Source of the DNA: Candidatus Methanomethylicia archaeon | GTDB lineage: Archaea; Thermoproteota; Methanomethylicia; CALHIW01 | Assembly (NCBI GenBank): GCA_038845975.1 | Contig: JAWBQF010000015.1 | Location: forward strand, 1 to 64,000 | Length of the DNA: 64,000 nucleotides | Direction of reading: 5' to 3' | Shown: one piece after another, positions 10,278-20,452 of the stretch | Layout: each line of letters begins with the position of its first letter | How positions within the stretch are numbered: position 1 is the stretch's first letter | Notes under the pieces: generated by a model | What the model was told of the DNA's origin: nothing | Database searches by the model: none | What the model saw: the letters and a program-made list of their open reading frames with translations, nothing else | Made by a program: the position numbers and the translations under genes

Positions 10278-11577
10278 GTGTTTAAGAGGGAAGCTTACGG
10301 ATTTTCCTAGAGCTCTACAGATAGAAGTTACAAATAGATGTAATTTTAACTGTTTAATGTGTGTTAGAAGAGTATGGAGAGCTAAACCTACTGATATAAA
10401 TCTGGATCTCTTCAGAAAGCTAGCTTCCAGCTTTAATGGTTTAGATAGACTTATCCTATATGGACAGGGAGAACCGTTTCTTAACCCTAATTTTCTTCAA
10501 ATACTTAAAATTTCAAGAGAGAATCTACCTAAAGATGGAGAAATATTTTTCAGTACTAATGGATCCCTCTTCTCTCCGCATATAGCTGAAAAGATAATTA
10601 TGAATATAGGAGTAGATTCTATTTCCTTCTCAATAGATACTGTAGACACTATGAAGCTAAGTAGTACTCGTAGAGGAGCTGAACCTAAAACCATAATGAA
10701 GAATTTCCAATACATAGCTGGAATGAGGGGGAAAGCTATTAGAGACTTTAAGCTAGGGATAGAAGCTGTCTTAATGAAGTGGAATCTTAATGATTTACCT
10801 AAACTGGTTGAGGAGCTGGCGGAATATGTTGATTACATTCTTGTCTCACATGCTATACCCTATACAGATGATGCTTTTAGGGAATTAACATATGTTACAT
10901 TAAGTAAAACACCTCTAGAGATCATGAAAACTTCCTTAAGTTACGGTTGGGATTTAATAAGGGAAGCATCCTATGGGCTTCTAGGTAGGGCATACGAGAT
11001 GGATATTGGAGCTAAAGCTATAGAGATTATTAATGAATTCTGGAGGAAAGCTGAGGATAATGGTTACTGGATTAATTTACCATTAATGTTTGAATCCATA
11101 GATAAGATCAAAATAATCAGTAGGGTAGAGAAATGCTTTCATGAATGTATGAGGATAGCTAGTAAATATCAAATAGAGCTAAAACTACCGAATTTATATC
11201 CTGATGCTAGAAGGAGGAAATGCCCATATGTTGATAAGAATGTAGCGTTTATAAGAGCTGACGGAAAAGTTACTCCATGCTTAGAGTTTGCATATTCCCA
11301 TCCAGTATATGTTAACATGCATGTAAAAGAAGTTAAGGAAGTTATTTTCGGAGACTTAAAATCAGAGAGAATAGATGATGTTTGGAATAAAAATTCATAT
11401 GTAAAGTTTAGAAAGATCAGGAGAAGTTTCACTAATAATATTCCTTGGTGTGGAGATTGCTCCTACTCCACTATGAAATGTTTCTTCACGAAAACAAATG
11501 AAATGGATTGTTATACTAATGAACCGGGATGTAATGAATGCATATATAGTGTTAACTTAGCACAATGTAATATTTAG
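10278..11577 (+). CDS. radical SAM/SPASM protein, probable tungsten-oxidoreductase maturase
   Basis: IEVTNRCNFNCLMC in frame at 10321-10362 (upstream of ORF-track start 10357), GQGEP, STNG, C-terminal SPASM cysteines; directly after aor; start uncertain. Confidence 0.8.
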
Positions 11578-11592
11578 CTAATAATAGTACTT

Positions 11593-11781
11593 TCAAGTAA
11601 ACGCTATAAGCCTAGCTAAATTAACTACATGTTTAACATCTCCAAGATTATAAGTAATCATCATAATACCTAAAGTATCCAGAATATGGAGCTTTACCTC
11701 ATTAATAACTTCCCTAGAAGTACTCTCTAACCTAAAATTATAAGTAAACTTGGGAGATTTATGGGATATAATTTCAACCAT
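11593..11781 (-). pseudogene. 5' fragment duplicate of MmgE/PrpD gene
   Basis: KLHILDTLGIMMITYNLGDVK vs KLHVLDTLGIMMATYNLEDVK in 30548..31951. Confidence 0.85.
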
Positions 11782-12048
11782 CTTTAAAACTAATACATCT
11801 ATGCTAGGTTATAATTTAAGGTTTTCAATAAGACTATGGATACGATGGCTCAACATCACAATACCTGCTAGCTTAAGTTTACTGCTTGAAAAATTTAAGA
11901 TTTTAAATGGATAGGATTCTTAACTTGCTTAAAACTTAGTTGATAACATTTATATGAATTATAATTGGAATATGTTAGCATGATTATAATGTTAAATTTA
12001 ATTCCTTAAATAGTTAAGGAATGCGTAAATGTTCCTGCTTCCAGTATA

Positions 12049-13203
12049 TTAGCTAACCTCTACTAGCTCGTACTCTATTGATCCTATACCTAGTTTTACA
12101 CATGCTTGAAGAAGCTCTACATGTGCTGGACCGCCGTAGGGCTCTACTAGAAAGGACATTGGTGTATATCTTCCTAGTGTTGAGAACTTATCTACTTCAC
12201 CTTTAAGCATATATTTTGCTGGACCTATAGGTATTGGTGGTGTTTTATTAACAAGGTCTAGAGAGCATGTATCTATTGCTACAGGGTCCTTAGAGGCTAC
12301 TACACCTATATCTGGAACTAATGGTAGATCACTCCAGTTAAAGCAGTCACAGTGTGGTGTTACGTCAACGATGTAGTTTACATATCCAATTCTCCCATTA
12401 AAGTATTCAATTATTGTTTTTAGGGCTTCAGCAATTCTTAAACTAAACTCCGCATTTGTTTTAACATGCATTTCACCCCACCCACTTATAGCCTTAACTG
12501 GACATATTGACCAGCATCCACAACCCCAAATACACTTATCCTGATTAATAACAGCCTTACCGTTAACCATGGATATAGCTGAAACAGGACAGAAACCTAC
12601 ACATATTCTACAGCCATTACATAGATCAGGCTTTACGTAAGGTTTCCTCTCCAAATGTATTGATGCTTTACCACGTTTTGTAGCACATCCAATAGTTATG
12701 TTTTTAATAGCTCCTCCAATACCTGTCCTGGGATGACCCTTAAAGTGGGCTACACTTATCATAGCGTCAGCTTCAGCAATTACTTGAGCTATCTCAACTC
12801 TTCTAGATCCTTCTGAACCTATCTCCACTCCATGATATCCCTTTAAGCCATCACCAATAATTACAGGTGCACCAAGAGTTTCCCATGTAAAACCATTTAT
12901 TCTAGCAAGCTCAAGCTGATCAATAGCATTCTGCCTACTACTCATTATCCCTATACCAGTAGTATCAACTACAAATGGGATCCCACCATTCTCCTTAACC
13001 TTCTCAACAATAACTCTTATAAATTGAGGTCTTAGAAATCTATACCCACCCTTCTCTCCAAGATGTGTCTTAATAGCAACAATATCACCCTTCCTAAAAA
13101 CGTCAGCTAACCCTGCAGCATCAAAAACCCTTTTAGCCCTTTCATGAAGAGTCTCCTGAAGCTTAGTTGCCTCAGCCGACGAGAAGAAAACCCTTGAAAC
13201 CAT
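12049..13203 (-). CDS. DUF362 Fe-S protein with 2x[4Fe-4S] ferredoxin domain
   Basis: VAIKTHLGE, HFKGH, CNGCRICVGFCP, CIWGCGCWSICP, PHCDC, ASKDPVAID. Confidence 0.9.
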   Translation of the reverse strand: MVSRVFFSSAEATKLQETLHERAKRVFDAAGLADVFRKGDIVAIKTHLGEKGGYRFLRPQFIRVIVEKVKENGGIPFVVDTTGIGIMSSRQNAIDQLELARINGFTWETLGAPVIIGDGLKGYHGVEIGSEGSRRVEIAQVIAEADAMISVAHFKGHPRTGIGGAIKNITIGCATKRGKASIHLERKPYVKPDLCNGCRICVGFCPVSAISMVNGKAVINQDKCIWGCGCWSICPVKAISGWGEMHVKTNAEFSLRIAEALKTIIEYFNGRIGYVNYIVDVTPHCDCFNWSDLPLVPDIGVVASKDPVAIDTCSLDLVNKTPPIPIGPAKYMLKGEVDKFSTLGRYTPMSFLVEPYGGPAHVELLQACVKLGIGSIEYELVEVS

Positions 13204-13488
13204 ATATAATCACAATACATTAAACAATTAAAGTATTTAATCTTTACTATCAGAATTCCAATTATTTCATATTGTTTTAGCATTGCTTTACGTAATGACT
13301 TGAGGATAAATTGATACTGTTTAAACAAGTGCTTTTAACAATCTCTATGTCTTATGATATGGTAGTAGATTATGAATAAATTTAGGAGGAGGTTAGATTT
13401 CTTATTCCTTTTATATGGTTTTTAGAGTTAAGCTTATGGTGGGACATCATAGTCCTCTCCTAAGATATCTGGGAATCTCTCTACTACT

Positions 13489-13596
13489 TAGACAATAGGA
13501 TTAGTAAATGAGATAAAGAGTGTAAGAGAAATAATTAATGATATAGTAGAAAACACTGTAAAAATCTATGAGAATCTAAGGAGAATCCTAACATAA
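13489..13596 (+). pseudogene. C-terminal relic of nitronate monooxygenase/FabK-like flavoenzyme
   Basis: *TIGLVNEIKSVREIINDIVE resembles the family C-terminus GQxxGLxxEIxxVxEII. Confidence 0.5.
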
Positions 13597-13799
13597 TAGA
13601 TTTAGCTATTTTCAATCATACCGGAAAAAATCAAAGTTCTCACAACTTAAAATCGATATTAATTAGGAGATGGAATATATATGTACTTTAAGTCATCTTA
13701 CTTCTAAATCTAGAAATGCTGTGTTTAATTATTAATGTTCTAGATTTAGAGAAGACTCCTTAAAGCTTACCATTAACAATTCTAAGTAAGATAGAGGTT

Positions 13800-15089
13800 T
13801 TAGATGTGTTCTGAAATGCTGGACATTACATGAACGATATGATATGGTATATCTATACATGCAGCATTTCTCGTATTGATTCCATAGTCCACTCTAGTAT
13901 TTACTTCATTTGGTTCAGGCTTGGAAACATTCAGATACTCTTCAGAGGCTTTCACGAGGTTTTTGTACTCCTCCATTTCCCTATATTTTCTAAAAACCTC
14001 AATGAGGCTGTTATCTACATCTTTAAAGTCTTTATCTTTAGTATAAGCATCTAGATTTCTACCATGTTTTGAGGCTAACTTTCTTATTGCCTTATTTAGT
14101 TGGGTTTTTACCTGTTCTATGTATTTATCTTTAAATGGTGAAATCTTTCTTGCAGCCTCGTAAACCCTCCTCCTTTCCAGAAAGCTATCACATCTTGGGA
14201 TAATGTCAACTCCAACTAGACAATAATCTACTAAATACCCGAAGGACTTCGCATAATTAACTATAGCCTTTACACAATCTACTGCTATCCTTCTATACTC
14301 TTCCGGTAAATCTATACCGATTGGAATACTACCGAGAGCAGTATTTTTAGCAATCTCCTCCTCTTTTCTCCCAACTCTACCTAAACAACCAATATATTGC
14401 GGCGATTCACCTCTTCGCATACTAACTATTACTCTTAAATCTAATGGATGGGGTATAAATTCCTCAGCAAAAACACCGATTGGATTTGATACGCATTGAT
14501 GAAGAGCTTCAGGAATCTTCCTCTCACTCCAATCATTAACATAGAGTTTATAGTATCTAAAACATTTCTCTAGAAAATCATTCTCACCTTCAATGAGACA
14601 AATTGATTTACCCCTACTACCGCCTATTGGCTTTATTACGGCTGGGAAACCTATTTCACGAGCTATTGTTTTAGCTATAGCTTTTGCTTTTTCACGATGA
14701 AATCTCAGCCTACCATCCTCCCTACGTCTAGAAAAGGGAAAGTCCGGAAGTAAAATATACCTTACTGTTTCTAAATTGAATTTTCTAAATGCTTCTTTCG
14801 TTCTGAACTTATCATTTGAAATATATTCAACCATATAGGGATTTAAAACCTTCAATCCAGCTCTTTCAAAAACTTCTGTTGATCTCTCCCTTAAGTTTTT
14901 ACTTATTGCTCTATTAACCATCATTACTAAATCATGTTCTTTAACGATTTTCTCATAAATATTTTCTGAAGACTTCATGAATAAGTTTTTTAAATCAATA
15001 AAATCCATCTTAACATCTAAACTCTCAGATGCACTATACAATAGTATTTCATCATAAGTTATCTCATCAGTTGCTAGACCAATCCTCAT
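13800..15089 (-). CDS. RimK/LysX-like ATP-grasp ligase
   Basis: VNR, VLNP, NDKF, FPAVIKPIGGSRG, EEFI, DLRV, GVDII, EVN motifs. Confidence 0.8.
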   Translation of the reverse strand: MRIGLATDEITYDEILLYSASESLDVKMDFIDLKNLFMKSSENIYEKIVKEHDLVMMVNRAISKNLRERSTEVFERAGLKVLNPYMVEYISNDKFRTKEAFRKFNLETVRYILLPDFPFSRRREDGRLRFHREKAKAIAKTIAREIGFPAVIKPIGGSRGKSICLIEGENDFLEKCFRYYKLYVNDWSERKIPEALHQCVSNPIGVFAEEFIPHPLDLRVIVSMRRGESPQYIGCLGRVGRKEEEIAKNTALGSIPIGIDLPEEYRRIAVDCVKAIVNYAKSFGYLVDYCLVGVDIIPRCDSFLERRRVYEAARKISPFKDKYIEQVKTQLNKAIRKLASKHGRNLDAYTKDKDFKDVDNSLIEVFRKYREMEEYKNLVKASEEYLNVSKPEPNEVNTRVDYGINTRNAACIDIPYHIVHVMSSISEHI

Positions 15090-15291
15090 TGACCATAATA
15101 GGTAATTGAGGTATTTAAGGTTTTCTTAGGTTTAATAAATTCTGTAAACTTAGATGAAGACTGTAAGCAATAATGCTTAACTAAAATGGTTAAGATGAAC
15201 TAAACCTCCTAGCATCTATAAATTTCAGTATGGTATTATTTCAGTCTTAGTATGCTTCTAAGTAGAATTTAAGTTATGCCTCTACCTAATA

Positions 15292-15987
15292 GGCTTTGTT
15301 AACTTAAGCATGTTTTATCACCTCTATTTTGGTATTGTATCTTCTATGAATTCCTTAGCTTTTATTTTCTTATCCATGTTTCGTTCAGTATGTATGCTAT
15401 TGACTTCATAAGCATTAATGCATGCTCATTCTCACATTTATCCTTCATGTACAGTATATAATTATCGAATAGCTTAGTTCTATCCTTAACTGTGTTATTA
15501 TCTCCATTAATTCTAACCTTGAACTATATAATGTTTAATTTTAATATTTTACATGATGCTTTATAATAATGAGCTCCATCACTTAATACAACTATATTTG
15601 AACCATAGATAGCTCTAATTTTCTAAGGAATGCTAGAGATGTAAGTATTTTGCAACATCGCAAACCCATATATAGAATCCTCCTCAATAATGACTCAAAC
15701 GCAACATAAACAATCTTACTCTTAGAACCTACACTAATAATAGTATCATCAACCATAATCCTAACATCCCTCCCATCAATAGAAGATTAAGATAAACCAC
15801 GATAATATAGAATAACTCCTAACAACAATAAAGCTTAAAATATCCGAAGCCATCCTAGAAGAACGAAAACATATGTAAGCACCATAAACAACTAGAATAA
15901 ATGGAGTTCTCTCCCTAACAAATTTAACTATATTAACACCATAAATAGGGGAGAGAACTCACAAATAAATCTAAAGTTAACAAAGCC
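15292..15987 (-). mobile_element. IS6-family element A, copy 4 (both ends intact, transposase broken)
   Basis: Perfect 14-bp TIR ggctttgttaactt/aagttaacaaagcc; 8-bp TSD acctaata (15284-15291, 15988-15995). Confidence 0.92.
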
Positions 15988-16051
15988 ACCTAATACTTTA
16001 CATGGAATTTTCCTATCTCTATATGAAAACATTATTCTATCATATCTAAAC

Positions 16052-16555
16052 TTATCTAGTTAATAGCTTCCCTTTAAGTAGTGGTATTACTCCACCAGCT
16101 TTCAATATTTCAATCATTTGCCTGGATAATGTTTTGGTTTTAAATATTTGTCCTGTATTTAGGTTTCTTATTTCACCTATTTCAAGATTAACCTCCAGTA
16201 AATCCCCATTACTAACTCTTTTACTTATCTCCTCACATATTACTACCGGTAAACCTAAACTTATAGCGTTCCTGAAGAAGATTCTAGCAAAGCTTTCAGC
16301 TATAACTACTGATATTCCTAATGCCTTTAATGCTGCAGGGGCTTGTTCTCTACTGGATCCACATCCAAAGTTTCTACCAGCTACTATAATGTCTCCGGGC
16401 TTTACCTTTCTTGAGAATTCAGGATCTATAGGTTCTAATGCGTAATTCTTCAATTCATCTATAGGTAGTATAAGGTATTTACCTGGAGTGATAACGTCTG
16501 TATCTATATTATCTCCAAACTTCCAGGCCCTACCCTTAAATATTAGTTGAGACAT
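16052..16555 (-). CDS. leuD: 3-isopropylmalate dehydratase/homoaconitase family small subunit
   Basis: [32 protein letters not shown]; substrate specificity not certain. Confidence 0.9.
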   Translation of the reverse strand: MSQLIFKGRAWKFGDNIDTDVITPGKYLILPIDELKNYALEPIDPEFSRKVKPGDIIVAGRNFGCGSSREQAPAALKALGISVVIAESFARIFFRNAISLGLPVVICEEISKRVSNGDLLEVNLEIGEIRNLNTGQIFKTKTLSRQMIEILKAGGVIPLLKGKLLTR

Positions 16556-16563
16556 AATTTCAC

Positions 16564-17817
16564 CTATAGTTTTCTAGGATCTGTTATTTCCCCCATTATG
16601 GCTGAGGCTACTACTGTAGCTGGGGAAGCTAAATAAATTTCTGAATCTGGACTCCCCATACGTCCCTTAAAGTTTCTATTTGCACTACTAATACATTTCT
16701 CACCTGAAGCTAGAAGCCCTAAATGGCTTCCAAAACATGGACCGCATGCAGGGAAACAGATGGAAGCTCCTGCTTCAAGAAATATGTTGATTATTCCATT
16801 ATTTAGAGCCCTCATATATATCTCCCTAGAGGCTGGAACTATAATCATTCTAACATCTGGATGAATTTTCTTACCCTTTAATATTTCAGCAGCTATACTT
16901 AAATCTTCAAATCTACCATTTGTACATGATCCTAGAAATGCTTGATCTATTTTTATCCCTTCAACTTGAGATACTGGCTTAACATTATCTACACTATGTG
17001 GACAGGCAACTTGAGGCTCTAAATCACTTACATCGATGTAATATGTTTTATCATAGGTAGCATCAGGATCACTTTTAACTGGAGTAAACGGCTTCCCAGT
17101 TCTAGCCTTTACATATCCTACTGTTTTCTCATCCGGGGGTATGAAGGAGAATTTAGCCCCTATCTCAACAGACATGTTTGTAAGTGTCATTCTAGAATCT
17201 ATACTCATCTCATCAATAACTGGCCCTGTAAACTCTATTGACTTATACTGGGCAACATCAACCCCATACTTTCCAGCAATATGTAGAATTATATCCTTAG
17301 ACATAACTCTGTAGGGCATTTTTCCTGAAATTATGAATCTTACTGTTTCAGGAACTTTAAACCATAATTCACCTGTAGCCCAGACAACAGCCATTTCAAT
17401 AGCTCCAATACCTGTACTAGCAGCTCCGAACGCACCGTAGGTTATTGTATGGGAATCTGTTCCAACAATTAATTCTCCAGGTCTTACATGTCCCTTTTCA
17501 GGCATAACTTGATGACATATACCTTCCTTGATATCGTAAAAGTATTTTATCCCTTGTTCTTTAACGAAGCTTCTAATGGATTTATGGACTTCAGCAGCCA
17601 TCACTGTTGGAGGAGGAGTATAGTGATCAAACAGTATCACTATTCTTTCAGGATCCCAAACCCTTTTAACACCGGCCTCCCTGAAGTGTAAGAGTACTCT
17701 TCTTGATTCTTCATGTGACATAGCTACATCTATTCTAGCAGTAACATAATCTCCAGCGTAAACCTCTCTTGAACCTGAAGCTCTTGCAAGTATTTTCTCA
17801 GCTATAGTCATACCCAT
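16564..17817 (-). CDS. leuC: 3-isopropylmalate dehydratase/homoaconitase family large subunit
   Basis: DH, GICHQ, DSHT, GSCTNGR, CGPCFG, NRNFKGRMG. Confidence 0.92.
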   Translation of the reverse strand: MGMTIAEKILARASGSREVYAGDYVTARIDVAMSHEESRRVLLHFREAGVKRVWDPERIVILFDHYTPPPTVMAAEVHKSIRSFVKEQGIKYFYDIKEGICHQVMPEKGHVRPGELIVGTDSHTITYGAFGAASTGIGAIEMAVVWATGELWFKVPETVRFIISGKMPYRVMSKDIILHIAGKYGVDVAQYKSIEFTGPVIDEMSIDSRMTLTNMSVEIGAKFSFIPPDEKTVGYVKARTGKPFTPVKSDPDATYDKTYYIDVSDLEPQVACPHSVDNVKPVSQVEGIKIDQAFLGSCTNGRFEDLSIAAEILKGKKIHPDVRMIIVPASREIYMRALNNGIINIFLEAGASICFPACGPCFGSHLGLLASGEKCISSANRNFKGRMGSPDSEIYLASPATVVASAIMGEITDPRKL

Positions 17818-18933
17818 TTAATCCACCTGCTTCACAATGCTTGCTATAGCATCTCCTACTTCACTTGTCCTTGAGGAACCTCCTAAATCAGGTGTTCTCA
17901 CCCTACCATCAGCTAAAACCCTTTTAACGGCTTCCTCTATTCTTAAAGCAGCTTTCCTAGCAGATTCATCCTCATACTTATCTCCAAGCCATTCAAGCAT
18001 CATCTTAGCTGATAGTATAGTAGCTATAGGATTTGCAATTCCCTTACCAGCTATGTCTGGAGCTGTACCATGTATAGGTTCAAACATAGCCTTTCCATCA
18101 CCGATTTCCCCAGATGGAGCCATCCCCATACCTCCCTGCAGTACTGAAGTTAAATCGGTAACTATATCTCCAAACATGTTTGTTGTAACACAAACATCGT
18201 ATCTTTCCGGTCTTGTAATAATCCACTGGGTAAATGCATCTACATATGCATAATCTTTATCAACATCACTATACTTTCCAGCTACCTCATCAAATATCTG
18301 CCTAAAGAATAGGCATCCCCTTAAAACATTACTCTTATCAATGCATGTTACCCTCCTCCTACCATCAATAGGTGCCCCATTCCTCCTCCTACATAGCTCA
18401 AAAGCATACTTAATAACTCTTTCAGAACCTCTCCTCGTAACAACCCTTACATCAATAGCAAGCTCTCTAGTCTCACCACGTTCAAGAAAGCCTCTAATAG
18501 GTATGTAGAGGTCTTCAGTATTTTCTCTAACAATAACGAAATCTATATCTTTAGGCTTCTTCCCAATTAGTGGACATGGAACACCGTCATAAAGCTTTAC
18601 AGGTCTTACATTAGCATAGAGGTCAAGCCCAAATCTAAGACTAAATATAACCTTATTACCTACTGATGTTCCGTCAGGATAATTTACACCAGGAATCCCA
18701 ACAGCACCAAACAGTATAGCATCGGAATCCTTACATATGGAATAAGCTTCAGGAGGCCATTCCTCTCTTCTTCCGGTTTTCAGCCAATATGTAGCTCCTC
18801 CCTCTACAGGAATAAATTCAAAGTTTAGATTTGAAAGCTCTTCTACAGCTCTTAACACTTTCAAAGCTTCTGGAATAACTTCACGGCCAATTCCATCACC
18901 AGGTAAAAAAGCTATCTTATATTTTCTAGGCAT
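17818..18933 (-). CDS. isocitrate/isopropylmalate (beta-decarboxylating) dehydrogenase
   Basis: PGDGIGREV, YANVRP, RENTE, DKSNV, NMFGDI, FEPIHGTAPDIAG. Confidence 0.92.
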   Translation of the reverse strand: MPRKYKIAFLPGDGIGREVIPEALKVLRAVEELSNLNFEFIPVEGGATYWLKTGRREEWPPEAYSICKDSDAILFGAVGIPGVNYPDGTSVGNKVIFSLRFGLDLYANVRPVKLYDGVPCPLIGKKPKDIDFVIVRENTEDLYIPIRGFLERGETRELAIDVRVVTRRGSERVIKYAFELCRRRNGAPIDGRRRVTCIDKSNVLRGCLFFRQIFDEVAGKYSDVDKDYAYVDAFTQWIITRPERYDVCVTTNMFGDIVTDLTSVLQGGMGMAPSGEIGDGKAMFEPIHGTAPDIAGKGIANPIATILSAKMMLEWLGDKYEDESARKAALRIEEAVKRVLADGRVRTPDLGGSSRTSEVGDAIASIVKQVD

Positions 18934-18979
18934 GCATAGAAGATGCTACCTACTATTTAAGTTTTTACTCTAGTTTTAT

Positions 18980-19673
18980 GGCTTTGTTAACTTTAGATTT
19001 ATTTGGGAGTTCTCGCCCTTATTATGGTGAATTCATGTCTAAAGTTATTAGGTTTTTAGGGAGAGAACTCCATTTATTCTAGTTGTTTATGGTGCTTATA
19101 TATATTTTCGTTCTTCTAGAATGGCTTCAGATATTTAGTTTATTGTTGTTAGGAGTTATTCTATATTATCGTGGTTTATCTTAATCTTCTATTGATGGGA
19201 GGGATGTTAGGATTATGGTTGATGATACTATTATTAGTGTAGGTTCTAAGAGTAAGGTTATTTATGTTGCGTTTGAGCCATTATTGAGGAGGATTCTCTA
19301 CATATAGGTTTGTGATGTTGCAAACATACTTACATCACTAGCATTCCTTAAAAAGATTAAAACTACCTATGGTTCTAATATAATTGTATTAAGTGATGGT
19401 GCTCAATACTATAAAGCATCATGCAGAATATTAAAATTAAAACATGGATTGTATAGTTTAGAGGTTAGGAATCTAATGGAGTGAATCATACAGTATATTA
19501 AGGATAGAACTAGAATATTCGATAATTACATGCCATATATGAAAATAAATTTGGTAATGAACAGCTATTAATGCTTATAAAATCAATAGAGAGCAAACAT
19601 GCAATAAGAAGATAAAGCTAAGAATCCATAGAAACAAAATAGAGGTAATAAACATGCTTAAATTAACAAAGTC
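18980..19673 (+). mobile_element. IS6-family element A, copy 5
   Basis: Left TIR ggctttgttaactt, right aaattaacaaagtc; relic IMVDDTII and IKDRTRIFDNYMP; no TSD. Confidence 0.88.
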
Positions 19674-19723
19674 TGAGTAAATTATGAAAACGATATTAAG
19701 TCACAAAACTAGTTAATAAAATC

Positions 19724-20113
19724 CTACTTTAGGACTTCTTCAACGTCTCTTAAACACTTTTCAACTTTTCTCAACTCCTCTTTAGCAATATCCCAATCTA
19801 TTATTCCATTGTAAAATCCATGTATATGTAAGTTAGATTCTCTAGCTCCAAATCTGTCGTAGAGCCCTAATTTATTAACTAAATCATTCTCCATACTTAG
19901 TCTCCATAGCTTATCCCTCCTCTCCTTATAGCTTTCCCCTCTTCCTAACCCTTTCCCCTCTAGAAGAGCATCAGTAGCTTTAACTATAGCTAACCAACCC
20001 TTCTCACAGGCATTTCTAAGAAGCATTAAATCCCTCTTTGTAAAGCTTTCCCTAAGCTCCTCTATAGCCTTAAAATAGGCATTCCAAGCATCTATTAATA
20101 GAGATTCATTCAA
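19724..20113 (-). CDS. PaREP1/HEPN-like protein
   Basis: ACEKGWLAIVKATDAL and LHIHGFY signature. Confidence 0.8.
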   Translation of the reverse strand: MNESLLIDAWNAYFKAIEELRESFTKRDLMLLRNACEKGWLAIVKATDALLEGKGLGRGESYKERRDKLWRLSMENDLVNKLGLYDRFGARESNLHIHGFYNGIIDWDIAKEELRKVEKCLRDVEEVLK

Positions 20114-20452
20114 AACTTATTCACCATAAATACAGAGTAATATACTAAAATTTAAATCTTAATTAGTCTTAAGTACATGAAGAACATTAGCACATACGAA
20201 AAGTAATAGGATAACTCTAACAATTCATCATTATTGTTTAAATGAAGATGAATTAAATCTAAAAACTGTATGAATGATGGCTTGAGTTCATAAGACACTT
20301 ATAAATTAAGTTTATTTAGCTGATACTTGTCAATTACTAGTGATTTACAGGGTCTCCAAATAGCATTAATGTGCCATGTAGAAAGTTTATATTTCATCTA
20401 ATATGTAAGTTACCGTTTCCATTATGCTTAATGATTAGTATTCAATTAATAA

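Noticed and set aside
13800-18933. LysW-dependent lysine (AAA) operon
   Set aside because: No lysW/Y/Z/J/K or homocitrate synthase; the ATP-grasp is atypical; the small subunit lacks the YLRT motif
15292-19673. Composite transposon carrying leuBCD between two IS-A copies
   Set aside because: The left copy has its own TSD on both sides (independent insertion), the copies are inverted and diverged, and the outer flanks do not match
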